A stretch of DNA of 58,999 nt. Origin: Phoronis australis. Its lineage: Eukaryota > Animalia > Phoronida. Each line of letters opens with the position of its first letter. The stretch's first letter is position 1. The stretch is from positions 699,995-758,993 of the forward strand of contig NMRA01000180.1 in NCBI GenBank assembly GCA_002633005.1, read 5' to 3'. Of the stretch, positions 1 to 12,273 are shown piece after piece. Position numbers and translations under genes: made by a program. A model generated the notes under the pieces. That model worked only from the letters and a program-made list of their open reading frames with translations. It ran no database searches and was not told the origin of the DNA.

Positions 1-1186
1 AAAGTTTTAAACTCGTAACTCATCCCGCTGTCCTCCAATATGGCCGACGCGATCCAAACAAAGTGACCCAAATTTCGCCACAAAACTTGCAATAACTTTA
101 CAGTGCTTGCCCCGATTTTGATACTTTTTCGATTTTTACTGAGTAGAATATACTACCTTTCCGATGATAGCAAAGTACTTTTTCAAAACAAGGAAAAAAA
201 TAAAACCGAAAAAAATTGGTTCGACCCATATTGGTTCCTAGGTTCGACCCGCCTACGTACGGAACTAAACACCAATGCTATTTTAACATACTTAGTACGC
301 GTAACATTCCAAAAAAAATCAACGACCACTAACTACAAACTATAAATACACTACATATGCTAACGAATCACGATATATTACTAATAAAACAAAATAATGA
401 AGACTTTTTGAGCAAGCCATAGCACATTCAGTTACAAGGAAAAAATGGCGGCGTTCAGGACAAGTTCCTGAACTGATGAGCTGGAAATGTGGGTACGGAA
501 ATAACCGATGACAACCGGTAATCATACGCTCAGAGAGAAGGGTCAAATACTGTTAAAAAATCGCTTTTGGCAAGAAAGGCGAAAAGGATATAAAGAAAGG
601 GTGTCGAAAATAAGAATTTATGTAGTAAGTATTTTCGGATACTGGAACCACATGGGCAGTTTGCAAGAAGGACTTTAAGGAATTTGACTTAATGTGTTCC
701 TATTGTGGAGAGCAACTGACATGGATTTTGGGACAAAATCAACTACTGTGGGGTCCCCTAGTGGCAACTACGTTTTTTTTTTCGTTTGTTCCTATATCTG
801 CCAAGTTCTTTGGTGGATGTTCATCAAATTTGACATATGCGTTGCTATCACGAATACGACAGCACATGCCTCGTTTCAGAACAATTTGCCTTCGCTGTGC
901 CCCCTAATGGGCTATTTGTTTTTTGTCGGCAGTTTTACTTTCCGACAAACTGCTTGAAGATTGAATCATGATGGAAGATGGTAGACGTTTTCCTGTCTAG
1001 GAGAGAACAGGTGACTTGCTCTCTGTTCCCCCGGTGTAAATGTTTAAAATATTGACCATCCCTTGTTGTGTCTGGTACAAACAGTGGGCGCTTATGAACT
1101 CTCCGCGTAGGTCTTGTTTATTTTGTGAAACACTTCAATGAGGTAGTTTCAGCGAACTTTTTCTTTGGAAAATTTGAATATTTCAG

Positions 1187-1347
1187 GTACACATGGTGTA
1201 ACAGAACGTGCCATGCTGGATAAATGGTGGCGAGATGATCTAGAGCCTGGTGCGTGTGACGTCTACAAGCTCCAAGGTGGCGATGTAGGGGACATCCTGT
1301 ACCTGACTTTAGAAAAGCAGGGAAATGATGACTGGCATCTCGCTAAG
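1187..1347 (+). CDS. LOX-A exon (PLAT domain)
   Basis: tttcag|GTACA...GCTAAG|gtaaac; (G)THGVTERAMLDKWWRDDLEPGACDVYKLQGGDVGDILYLTLEKQGNDDWHLAK; 161 nt, same as the LOX-B exon. Confidence 0.93.
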
Positions 1348-4300
1348 GTAAACCAATATCTGCAAGAGGGAACCTGCGTTTCTGTGACTGTTAGGACAAC
1401 ACTTTATGAGCAAATGGCACTGGGTATCTGAGTTAAATGACAACCCACTCTGAAATCAACCCCTTTGTGCTCCTTCTAAAGATGATTGCATTCATGTTTC
1501 AAAAAGAACAGATACCTTACTATCGCTGGCAAATGTAAAGTTCAGATGTCCACATTACAAGTTTCTTTGATACGCGATGTTCCTTTCATTCATCAACATC
1601 AGTGTATGTGAAGGGGAAGGCGCCCCTGGACGAATTTTTTGGACTTTATCTAATCTCCAAATTTCCCTGAATATGTTAATTTTTAGAAAAAATACGGATC
1701 ACTGATTATCCTGGAAACATATTTGTGGCGTTAATCACTGTTCCCTTGGCATGAACTTGCTATCGATAGAACAATAGGAAATGACGTGAACGGCCCAGCA
1801 AAACGTCTGCATTCACTTCCATTGGGACACCTGGGAGTCATTGTTAGACAAAAAAAAACAACATTAATACTGTGCATATTGTCAGAATCCTTTTAGATTA
1901 TTCCTTCAGCGGTAGAACATGAAATTAGATTCTCTACTCAGTTTAAGACAATGAATGGAGAAAAATTAATTTCGGCCTAGGAAACTGTCAGGTTTTACCA
2001 AGCCACTTCCAAAACACGTGCAACGTCAGCGGGAGAAGTAAAAAAATATAGGAACAGCAGCCGTGTAAGCAAGTCGTACACCCGTACACGGTGACTGTTT
2101 CTGTGGTGATGTCCACATCGGGTCATCATTCATGAAAATGGCCAATAATTGTACCAGTGTACTCGCATGATGAGGAATTTAGAGGTGGAAGCAGTAAGAT
2201 GATCCTGTAAGGCAGTACACTTCAACGTGAGAGTTGAGAAGTTTTGGTCTCCTTAGGGCACATTTGTTCAGTAATTTGATCCCGGATTCGCCATAACAAA
2301 TCCTCAATAGACATGTTGCTGTTAATATTCCTCTCCTAACAGTCATAACTAACGGCCATCATAATTGCAAGTTCTGTGTTCTAGCGGTAACGCACGATGG
2401 CGTGGAACATGTCTGTTAACTGGTGTACACTTGTATTTTAGCGATTACATCCATGTTTTTTGCGAAGCCTCATTGCTTCAAGGTAGCCCAAAACGTCATA
2501 TTTTACCAAATATTGTGGAAGCTCCTCCAAAAAAAGTGTTGTTCTTGCTTGTACGTCGGTCTTGTAACACTGCATTGACTTCTAGAGTACCAAGGTTTAA
2601 TTGATGCGGCTATAAACACGCACACCATCGAAGAAACTAACTTGTGATAGACCACTCACTTCTATGAAATTGTTAGCAACTCGTTCCTTACTGAGATGAG
2701 ACGTGGTTTTTGGTCTTGCATAGAACTGACAATTCATGCTTGGTGGCACTGATGCTCATGCTCGGCGAATACATTGACACGCGATGACATGTCAACTTCC
2801 AAAGCCTGGTCTCAATCAATTGTGAAGTAAAAGTTCTTTTCAAGCCTCAATGACATCTACTTCACCTAAAGTGAGAGTAATTGATTGACGGCAAATGGTC
2901 TAAAGTTGATTTCATGACGGTGAATGTGTTGATAACCACTTTAAATAGCATGGCGGAATAATTGACTAGGGTCGTATTTGAGGAAAGGGAGACTATTTTC
3001 AAGAATTCTGTAGTTTTGAATCTTGTGTTGAGGCTTGGGGTCTTGAGAGTTTTATCATCCACCTAAGGTCCCATATCCGTGGGATTTTTAAGTCTACATG
3101 ACCGAGAACAGCGTCTCCTTTTAAAGTCACGTACTCGAGCGTTATTGCCTACTTTCAGGTTGTTATTACCAACAATGAAACCAAGTGGAAAACTTCGTTT
3201 CCTTTTTACGACTGGGTAGAGTCGGGCGCGACGAAAATACCAACAGCGAAAGCTGTGTTGCCTTTCCAAGAAACCAATGAAGACCTGAAAAACCTTCGCG
3301 CCGATGAAGTCCGCCGAAGGCAGGAAATGTATCCATTCAGCCAAGAGAACGATTCTCTTCCCGGCTTCATTGGAATTGAACAGCACGAAAACCTGCCCAG
3401 ATTTGTCCAGTTTCACGATGCAAAAGCCTACGACTTCAAGGTAGTGCCATCTTACAATTTATATGAGGGGTGCGTTACAGAAAGGTCGAGATAAGCTACC
3501 CTGGTCTATCACAGAACCTTCTTTCTGCAATAGAACTTTTAATGAATAGCAAAGACCAACGCGGGTGCTTCCTAGAACACGGATTTGCAGGATTTGAGCC
3601 CAGTATCAAGGAAGTGCCGCCATATTGAATAGATGCTACCTGTTCATTCTTGTGTCTATCAAAAACTGAACTTGAGCGCTGCTTGGTATAACAGACCTCT
3701 GAGTAGATGGTGCAAAATGTGCAGTAAAGCACACACCTTGTTACAAAACTAATGTAGAGCTGTTTACAACTGTAGTTTGTATGCATATTACATAACACCA
3801 TGTGTTGACTTATTTGAGCAGTGGAGTGGTTTTTTTTGGTTAAGGTCGTTTTGCTCATAACATGTATAGAAAGTTGGATTTTGACATTGTGTGCCATTTA
3901 AGACGATTTGTTACGTTTTGTTGAGCCATGCTAACTCAAAAGACCTGCTGGAATTTATTAAACATGATCTTAAGGACCTGGTCCACTATCACGTAGGCCA
4001 GGGAACACACGAAGACTTACGATATACTTTTGTTTGACTCTGGTCTAAAACCATATTTTTCACATCTTCGACAATTTTGACTGAGACGGATATGGTACAT
4101 TCCATCAGAGCAGGCTTCTAATTGCTTAGCCTGTGTTCATAAAGGTTAAAAATTTCATTTGTTCGAACACCCATTCAAATGTGGGCTCCGTACAACACTG
4201 ACATTTCACTGCTGACGTCAACACACATCTGTTGTTATGTAATTGGTTGTTGAACTGAACTCGAAGTTGTTGGTTTTCTGAACAGCTGCGAAGGTTTCTT

Positions 4301-7300
4301 TGGTTTGAACTTTAAAGTACTGTTCCAATAAAATTTAGTGTGCAAAATCAACCTGTGAATCAATGTTGATTTTACAATGTCACACATACCTGTTACACTA
4401 GTGCTTCATGGTCCATTAGCGTATAAGAATGTTCAAACTTCTTTTTGAGACGTCTCTTTCCTGACGTTTGCAAAACTATTCCCGCAGAATAACTTCGACG
4501 AGGCAGTGAGGAAGTTCGGAATAAGTTCCATAATTGAAAAGCTCCATTCGTGGGATAAACCCGAAGACCTGGTACACATCGCTGGGAGGTGAGACAAATG
4601 TGCTCGAACTAATTCGTAGGTCTATGTTCGGCTTATGAGACATGGCATTCTCAAACCTGCTATGCACCTTGCTGATTTAGCCCAAGTTACTGTTCGAAAT
4701 GTTCATCAACTTATTCCTCATTTAGGTTCAGGGCTTGGAATTGTCCTCTTTTAAAGGCATTTCATCTTTTTTGGTTTCGATTTCCTCTTTTTTATTTCCA
4801 GTTTCCTCTTTTTCGTGTCTTTTTATCGTTTTTTACTTCATTGATGAAAAACAACCACTTAATCAGTAAAATGTTACAACACCAAAAATATTTTTATCAC
4901 AGAAGCCTATTTTTGTGAGAAATCTATAAAAATGCTCAGCGACTTTCTTTTAAAATTTCTGGTATCACATATGAAAAAATTACAACGGGTTGGATTTACC
5001 ACCAGTTTTATATTTTAAAATATCAACTGACTCTTTCGAAATTTTGCCCCAGCGACAGTCTGCTTTTAATTAAAAAAGGTTTAGACGAGGACGCATGTAA
5101 TTTCGTTTGGAAGGCCTTCCTTGTGTTTCAGTTGTCGACAAAATTATCATTCATTTACAAATGATCATTGAGAAACTGTTTTTCGATAATGTCATCATCA
5201 CTGACTATGATTTTCTACATATTTAGAATTTCCTCTTCCGAGGAGAAAGAATTTCAACAGTTTTACGTGGACAGATGGGACGACGATACCGTATTCGGCA
5301 ACTTGTTTCTGAGTGGACCTAACCCCGTTCTGATCAGGAAATGTTCCAAACTTCCTGATAACTTCCCTGTAAAGGACGAAACAGTCAAGGCATCTTTGCA
5401 ACGCGGTCTCACACTTGAAGCAGAAATGCAGGTATTTGTTGGTGTAAAAGGGATACTAGAGCTATTCTAAGTGGATGGATCGAGAGCTGGAACATAGGTT
5501 CTTGAATAATTCCAGGACTGCTATTTGCCATAAATAATGCTTTCTGTGAATACTGACTTCCCAATAAAATCGAGAGACAAAGCTACATAAATTTGTGCGG
5601 TTGTCGTTCGTGCACTCCCCAAATGTCATAATGTCATCAGGGCTGCAACCAGTCTACTTCATATCCGTCTCCTAAGCACTTTGTAAAACTTGTGCTGCAA
5701 ACAAAACGGTCACCTGGAAAGGGCCTCGAGATGGTAATTTGAATAATTGCTACCCTTGTTTGTTTTGAACTCATAACTAATCAAACGTCTTCAAAAAAGA
5801 CGTGGCTTCAATGATTCAAGTTTGAGTACTTCCATGTATTTAGAGTGGCTTGGCGTCATGATCTATATTTTTCAGGAGGGACATGTCTATATTCTAAACT
5901 ATGAAGATTTGGTTGGCCTTGGAAGATTCAGGAAAGGAGAGGATGTCCGTCACTGTGCCAATGCCATGGTACTCCTCTACGTGCGCCCATCCGGTCATTT
6001 GGTGCCCATCGCCATCAAGCTGGACCAGGACAACGGACCGATCTGGACCCCAGAGGACGGTCTTGGATGGACTATGGCCAAACTGTATGCAAAGAATGCC
6101 GATGTTCAGATTCACCAAATGGGAACGCATCTTATGGGAACGCATTTCGTAGCAGAAGCTGTAGCAATAACTTTGCTTCGCAACATCCCTTGTGTCCATC
6201 CTATATACAAGCTTATTATACCGCATACTCGCCACACCATTGCCATCAACACCGTTGGCAGGCTCAAACTTGTTGGACCAGGTGGCGTCGGAGACAAGAC
6301 TCTTTCAATTTCTGGAAGTGAGTATATGACGAAATACTGACATTTTAGACTCTTCTTAAAGTTTCAGGATGACGGCTCACACCGCTAGGTCGTCTCTCCT
6401 CTTTCATGGAACGTTTGTCATTTGTTATATGAACGTCTTTGCGGTTCTTTTTTATTCCCTTTTAACCAACCCTAGAACGAAACCTGGTGAGTTATTAAAA
6501 ACTCGGTTGTTCAAAAGCGATTTTACACAACCATTTCATCCATCGTTAAAAGGCCAATGTCAGTTGACACGTGGTAAAGAAGTTATTTTACCAAGGCAAA
6601 TGAAAATAACCCCAGTATGGACAGTGCAGCTCTATCTATGATGGACTTTAATATCTACAAAAAGCGAAACACAATGGAAGCGATTAGCGAGAGAATCACA
6701 CCAGTGTTTATACTGTAACTGCACAGACAACGTTTTGATGACTAATCACACATCATCAGCTCAACAATCACAAAACCAGACATCTTCATGTCTTCATCAC
6801 AATCATCTACAGTTCAGGTCCATTTCAACAAAGTCCTATAGTTATCCTATGTAAAATTGTCTACAGACAACATAGTTGGGGTTATAGAGTAGGTCATTCA
6901 AGCTCATTGGATCTATAGACAGACCTACATACATCGCCGTTCAAGTTGCCTACGTGAATGTACATTCGACTTAAGGGACCTATAATTGGAATTGTGACTG
7001 CCAACGAGTTGTACAGGATCAGACTTTTGGAGCCTGATACAGACACAGATGATGTTGAAAGCTACCTGTAACTGATGTACAGAGCAACCATTCTATCACG
7101 GGGACTGCAGAATATGCCATAACAAGGATCCATGCAGGGTAATGCAGATGAACGCTGAATTTATTACGTCTTCCCCCGGAAAAACATGCGGTTTATTTCT
7201 CAACAGAAATGTTCGAAAAGTTGCCTATTGAAATTGTAAAGGGACTCTTATCTCCTGTGTGTCATTGTAATTCCTTTCTTACATGGCCACTTGACACCCA

Positions 7301-10300
7301 GTACACTTGTATTTTGAAAAGCAACAAGGTACTTAGGCATGTAAACAACATAGCTTTCAATGGAACACCGTCTGCATTCTTGAGTGACCTTCTGTGACTC
7401 ACTACACAGACAATTCCATGTGCTACCCGGAAAATATATATAGCGATCCATTACCAATAAGATAACAAGAAATTCTCGTTAAGTAACGAGATTGGTAACG
7501 TGAGACCGATCATTCTTGTGTATGACTATGCACGGAGTTGCTTTTCCACCCAATATAGACCTATATCCCACGATCGCCCATTAATCTCAAAACGAGGCTA
7601 CCCATGCATCCCTCTCTCCAAGATGGCGGCCGAGCCTAGTGACCTTGGTGCTGAGCAGAGTATACATAGTACTCACTACGAACCGTGCGAGTGATAAGCG
7701 AAAGCAACCAGAATTGTCTCTTCACTTATCCCCAATTGATGAGACGCTGAGGAAGTCGTGGACTTGCAAAATACGACGGGATCCTGGCCCTTGTTTCAAG
7801 ATTTATCGCTAGCTTGTTTGTTCACAATCCAAAAACTTGGCTAATGAGTCTTTGATTTTAGTCGAGATTTGGGAGTCACGGTGGTTGATTAACTTCGGTT
7901 CATTTGTGTGTTCCTTCCATTAAATTACTTTTGTTATTACTGGAAAACACTAATTTGTGCACTCGTTCTGTTCTGTGCTTGTGTTGTTGGTCCTGGTTAG
8001 TAAAGGGCGCGGTTTCCGTTCTGAACAGTCAGTGACTCAGTGACGAACCCTACAGGTGCAATATTCTTAGTCACGATTTCCTATGAATGTTTGACTACAA
8101 ATCCTTTCAGTTATCATTAATTAATTAATTAATTAATAAATTTCCATGACCTCATAAAATGTATTTTAGATTTCAAGATCAACCTGCAGTTCACATTTCA
8201 CTTCTGGCTTCAAGTTCTCGCTTGCTGGTAGAAACCTACTAAAAGGGTACTTTATCGTCAAAGTTTGTAGCAGTCGATGTCAAAATCTTGAAACATGTTA
8301 AATAAATAACGAAATAACCTTCCCAAACACGACCTTGCGATGTTTAAACTGGTCGCAGTACGTGTTTTTTTCGCATCAAGCCACTTAAGATAATTTCAAG
8401 TGTTGTCAATTAAAGAACCGGTAACCTAGTCTAAACACACTCTGCAGAGCATTCTTAATCTCCGTGCAATATTTCTCCACCTACTTAAACGTCAAATTTG
8501 GCATATTTTCCAAAGATTTTGACCAAAAGTTCACCATTGCTTACATTAACCGCTTAAGCAGACGCATGGGTTTCACTTCGTTTTGAAATCCGTTTGTCGA
8601 AAGCGCACATGCTTGTGGTATAGCAGCATGAATGGCACTTGGTTTACGGAGTGTGCAACCTGTTGTAAAACAGAGGAGCACAGGGCACTCCACACTGAAT
8701 TGTAGTTGTGTGGGTTATGCTGACAGGTAACATGGGTAAAAACCTTCACTGTTACGTTATGCTTATGTATTTACTCTGACGGCGTTTGTTTTGCAGACGG
8801 CTATCATATCGAACTTATTAAAACGCGTTACAGGAAGCGTTTCCACTGGAACAAGCTCAACATCCCAAACGAGCTCGCGAGTCGTGGCGTCGACGACGCC
8901 AAACTCCTGCCTAATTACCACTACCGTGACGACGCACTGCTATTGTGGAACGCCATCTTGGAATATGCTAGGCAGATGATCACTATCTACTATCGGTCTG
9001 ACGATGATGTAGTTGCAGACGATGAACTGCAGAACTTTATGAAGGAGGTAAGAACAACAATTCATACAAATTTGAAGGAATTTTACACTTGGCAATCTCG
9101 CGCTCTCATTTCCAATAACTAATTTAATGTTGTTTGCGTGTATGAAAACGACAGTTCGTGACCGTGTTGCTTTAATGTCCATGGGAAANGGTATCCCTGG
9201 TGACCCGACATTTCACACTAAAATTTCTTATTCCGACAATATGAAGAACGCTACTTGATTGCACGCTAACACAGGACAGTGACTTTGCCCCCGCCAAATA
9301 CGTCACGAGACTAAGCAGCGCTCCAAGCCGGTATTTTTTTTAGCTTCTTTAGAGAATATAAGTTTAATTTTTGGTGTTGAATTATTTGTGAAATTAATCA
9401 ACAATTCATAGAAAACTATCCAGAATTTATTCAGAATAAATTACAGTTCCCTTTTAATGTCCATGGGAAAAGTTAAGTATCAATGTACTTAAAAGCATAG
9501 ATATTTTCTAATTCTGAAATACCAAAATTATATTTTTACCCGGAATGCTTCCGTCTTTTGTTTCAGCTTCATACCAAGGGCTTCCCATTTGATGAAGGGG
9601 ACCTTGACAAGCAGTGTCCAGACAGTGTCCGTTCTGTGAGTGACCTGATCACCTTGATCACCATGGTCATATTCAACTGTTCTTGCCAGCACGCTGCAGT
9701 CAACTTCGGCCAGTTCCACCACATGTCCTTTCCGACAGCCTATCCACTGGCTCTTCGCCAGCCACCACCAGATGTAAGTCACGGTCTAAAACTACACAGT
9801 TCTGCTCGCTTGATTGGGTTTGGTATGACGTCATTGTAACATTTTGGACATAGGGCGGGAGTAAAAAAGACAAAGAAAAACACATTGACCACATTTACGT
9901 ATCACTGTAAATTACTAAGGAATTGGAATATTATTACCTGGCTATGGACCATGCCAATCCTTCTCAACTCCCCTGGAGCATACAATGGGTGCAGCAGTTG
10001 TCAGATCACACAGATCAATCAAACACATAATTTTGTAACAAATTCAAGTGCTAAATTGCCCCCGAGGTCCCCTGAATCTGAAAAATTCCAATACCTGCAA
10101 CATTTTTTGAAAATGTGATTTGACTCTACAATTCCTATTTGTGCCAAATCGAGTCATAACTGACACCTATGAACCACTACTTACTGGTTCCTAGCTGACA
10201 CATACGTCATCACTGAACGACCGAAAACTGCGGAGTAGTCTCAGACATTTGTGCACTTTTAAGTCACTATGGTCTTAGCAACTGGAACAAAAGCATATTA

Positions 10301-11992
10301 GAAAGTTTTGCGAAATCGTAGGTAGAATTATGGCAGTCATACAACTTTCCGATGGAGTTTTTACTCAAAATGCACGTACGGGTTGGACTGCAGAATTCAC
10401 CTTGACACGTATTTCACGTGTGTGAGTTTGCAGCTATTACAAAGCGCTTTACGGCAAGGTTTTTGATAGTGGATTACGGAGCTTAAGATGCCTAACTTTG
10501 TAGACAAGTTCTCACTACTCTTGTATTGGTCCTTAGTGCTGTTGCCTGATCACTCGGATTGCCTGCAGTCTTTCAAGCAAAACACCTACATGCATCCTTA
10601 CACACGTGTGTTTCACGAATTAAGAGTGACTATAGTTACCAAGATCTAGTTAACACCAGTAAAAATCCACTGCAGTCGTACATTCCAGTCCTATTACCTG
10701 GATCCATTCGTTTTCAATTTCATGGGGGCCAATCATTGATGGCCCGTTGTTGACTAGTCATTTAGTGGACATAAAATACACTGTATGTAGCAATTTAAGG
10801 CTACAAAGCTTTGATATTCAAGTTGTTGGCTAAGATAGAGGGCTTTAGTTTTGTCTGATACTGATCATGGAAGTCAATAGTTATTTTCAGACATTTTTCC
10901 TTCAAGGCTCCACCGATGGCATCCCGTGGCATGAAGCCTAGGAAACAGATTAGACATGCAGATTTGCTTATATTTCATGTCGTACACTAATTCTTCGTTC
11001 TATGGTTCTGCAGGAAACACTGGAACGGTAATGCGTTCTGTAGACGCACCGCAACACTAAAAGCCAGACCATTCAAGGCCACGCAAAATTTACGGGAGTG
11101 CTAGAAACCTTGTTTGTTACCAAAAGGTCCCCCGCTGACTGAAGTGGGTGGTGAATTATGTTAGCCTTTTGAATTGCCGGGTAAAATTCACTGTTTCCGT
11201 TCCTAAAGCGAAGACTTTTCGCTCTATGTGTTGCACAAGAGTCTACGAAACGCAACCCAGGTTTCGCTTTGCCAAGCTTATGTAAATACATTTTATCTAT
11301 GAACTGTTTTGCAGCGGAAGTGGAACATCGAAATGGTAGACATTATGGCGGCGCTACCCGACAAGACACTAACTGTAGCCGCAGCGGCCATTACTCATGC
11401 TCTGACAAGATATACCGACACAGAGGTAATTAATTTGTTGAACTAAAATTTTAAAATTTCTACCTCCTGCATTCAGTCACGTTTTTTGCAGGATGTAGTA
11501 ACGGGGAATTCGAAATTAACTAGAAGTCGCAGATGGAGCAACAGATCATCCGATAAAAGTGCCTGCATTCTAGTAAATTACCTTGGTCCTTTATCACACG
11601 AACGTCCAAATGATGAGGAACCGATTTATGCTCTAAGTCCATTCAACTGTTCAGTGAATAGGCAATGGTTGTCGTAGTTAGTTGTGCAAGTGATTTCAAA
11701 GACATTCGCGAAGTAATTAGCGATTGGGCTGACGTGTAGCCTACTTTTCGATCTTCCCAAGTAGAGCAGGTTTCGTCAGTTAACTGATCAAGGAACGTTT
11801 GTTTCATTTTAGGTGTTCCTCGGAGAGTTTCCTGAAGAGATATTTGTCGAGGAACAGGCTCTAGCTGCACAGGCAAATTTGCGACAAAGACTCAATGAAA
11901 TCACGCAAATAATCGATCGGAGGAATGTCGATAGAGAATTTAAGTACCTCTATCTTCTTCCAAAAAGAATTCCATCCAGTATTGCCGCTTAA
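1187..11992 (+). CDS. Lipoxygenase LOX-A (animal-type PLAT + lipoxygenase domain; arachidonate LOX family, predicted R-specific); 5'-partial, 9 exons in window
   Basis: Manual exon chain, all GT-AG and phase-compatible: 1187-1347, 3159-3440, 4488-4588, 5227-5431, 5876-6317, 8797-9047, 9567-9773, 11315-11425, 11813-11992 (TAA). Motifs: LDKWWRDDLEPG, FPFYDW, GPNPVLIRKC, WTMAK, HQMGTHLMGTH..HPIYKLIIPH, YHYRDDALLLW, QHAAVNFGQ, C-terminal RIPSSIAA. The first PLAT strands and ATG were not found in 1-1186. Confidence 0.95.
3159..3440 (+). CDS. LOX-A exon (end of PLAT, start of catalytic domain)
   Basis: actttcag|GTTGTT...TTCAAG|gtagtg; VVITNNETKWKTSFPFYDW...LPRFVQFHDAKAYDFK; 282 nt. Confidence 0.93.
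4488..4588 (+). CDS. LOX-A exon (not in the ORF track)
   Basis: cccgcag|AATAAC...GGGAG|gtgaga; NNFDEAVRKFGISSIIEKLHSWDKPEDLVHIAG(R); 101 nt, homologous to LOX-B 36893-36993. Confidence 0.9.
5227..5431 (+). CDS. LOX-A exon
   Basis: atttag|AATT...ATGCAG|gtattt; ISSSEEKEFQQFYVDRWDDDTVFGNLFLSGPNPVLIRKC...EAEMQ; 205 nt. Confidence 0.94.
5876..6317 (+). CDS. LOX-A exon with the His cluster and arched helix
   Basis: tttcag|GAGGGA...GGAA|gtgagt; contains HQMGTHLMGTH and INTVGRLKL; 442 nt. Confidence 0.95.
8116..8137. repeat. (TTAA)n microsatellite
   Basis: attaattaattaattaattaat. Confidence 0.85.
8797..9047 (+). CDS. LOX-A exon
   Basis: ttgcag|ACGGC...AAGGAG|gtaaga; ...ELASRGVDDAKLLPNYHYRDDALLLWNAI...DDELQNFMKE; 251 nt. 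Confidence 0.94.
9190..9453. repeat. Dispersed repeat ending at TTAA (transposon end), copy in a LOX-A intron
   Basis: Visibly high identity with 38651-38902 (GGTATCCCTGGTGACC...TTCAGAATAAA..GTTC.CTTTTAA). Confidence 0.8.
9567..9773 (+). CDS. LOX-A exon with iron ligands His/Asn (QHAAVNFGQ)
   Basis: tttcag|CTTCAT...CCAGAT|gtaagt; 207 nt. Confidence 0.95.
11315..11425 (+). CDS. LOX-A exon
   Basis: ttgcag|CGGAAG...ACAGAG|gtaatt; RKWNIEMVDIMAALPDKTLTVAAAAITHALTRYTDTE; 111 nt. Confidence 0.92.
11813..11992 (+). CDS. LOX-A last coding exon
   Basis: ttttag|GTGTTC...GCCGCTTAA; VFLGEFPEEIF...YLYLLPKRIPSSIAA*; 180 nt. Confidence 0.94.
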   Translation: MFLGEFPEEIFVEEQALAAQANLRQRLNEITQIIDRRNVDREFKYLYLLPKRIPSSIAA

Positions 11993-12267
11993 AGCATTGG
12001 ATTTTATTTTAAAGAGCTTATAGACAAGGGCACGGTTTCACATTTCGGTATCACAGAAGAAAATCGAATTGTTGTTCTGCAGTACAGGAAACTTACTATG
12101 TAACGTTCAGAAACATCGTTATATTATTGTATCAATTTGATTGTGTAGCATAGAGTGAAACTTTATTTCTGTCGAGGTTTTAGTGTGGTTTCTTATCATG
12201 GTTAGTAATGTCTAAGTAAAGTACATGTATGCAGTTTCAATTTCTGAATGATGAACATTTAGGTGAG

Positions 12268-12273
12268 AATAAA
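12268..12273 (+). terminator. Candidate polyadenylation signal of LOX-A
   Basis: AATAAA about 275 nt after the stop codon, followed by GT/T-rich sequence. Confidence 0.55.

Noticed and set aside
3063-3416. Antisense ORFs overlapping LOX and Kazal exons (also 5894-6235, 23246-23614, 31089-31538, 35218-35583)
   Set aside because: Shadow frames of real coding exons with no independent motifs.
9190-9453. Intronic sequence conserved from the LOX duplication
   Set aside because: The second copy is in a non-orthologous intron and in the opposite orientation relative to its gene, so it is a mobile repeat.
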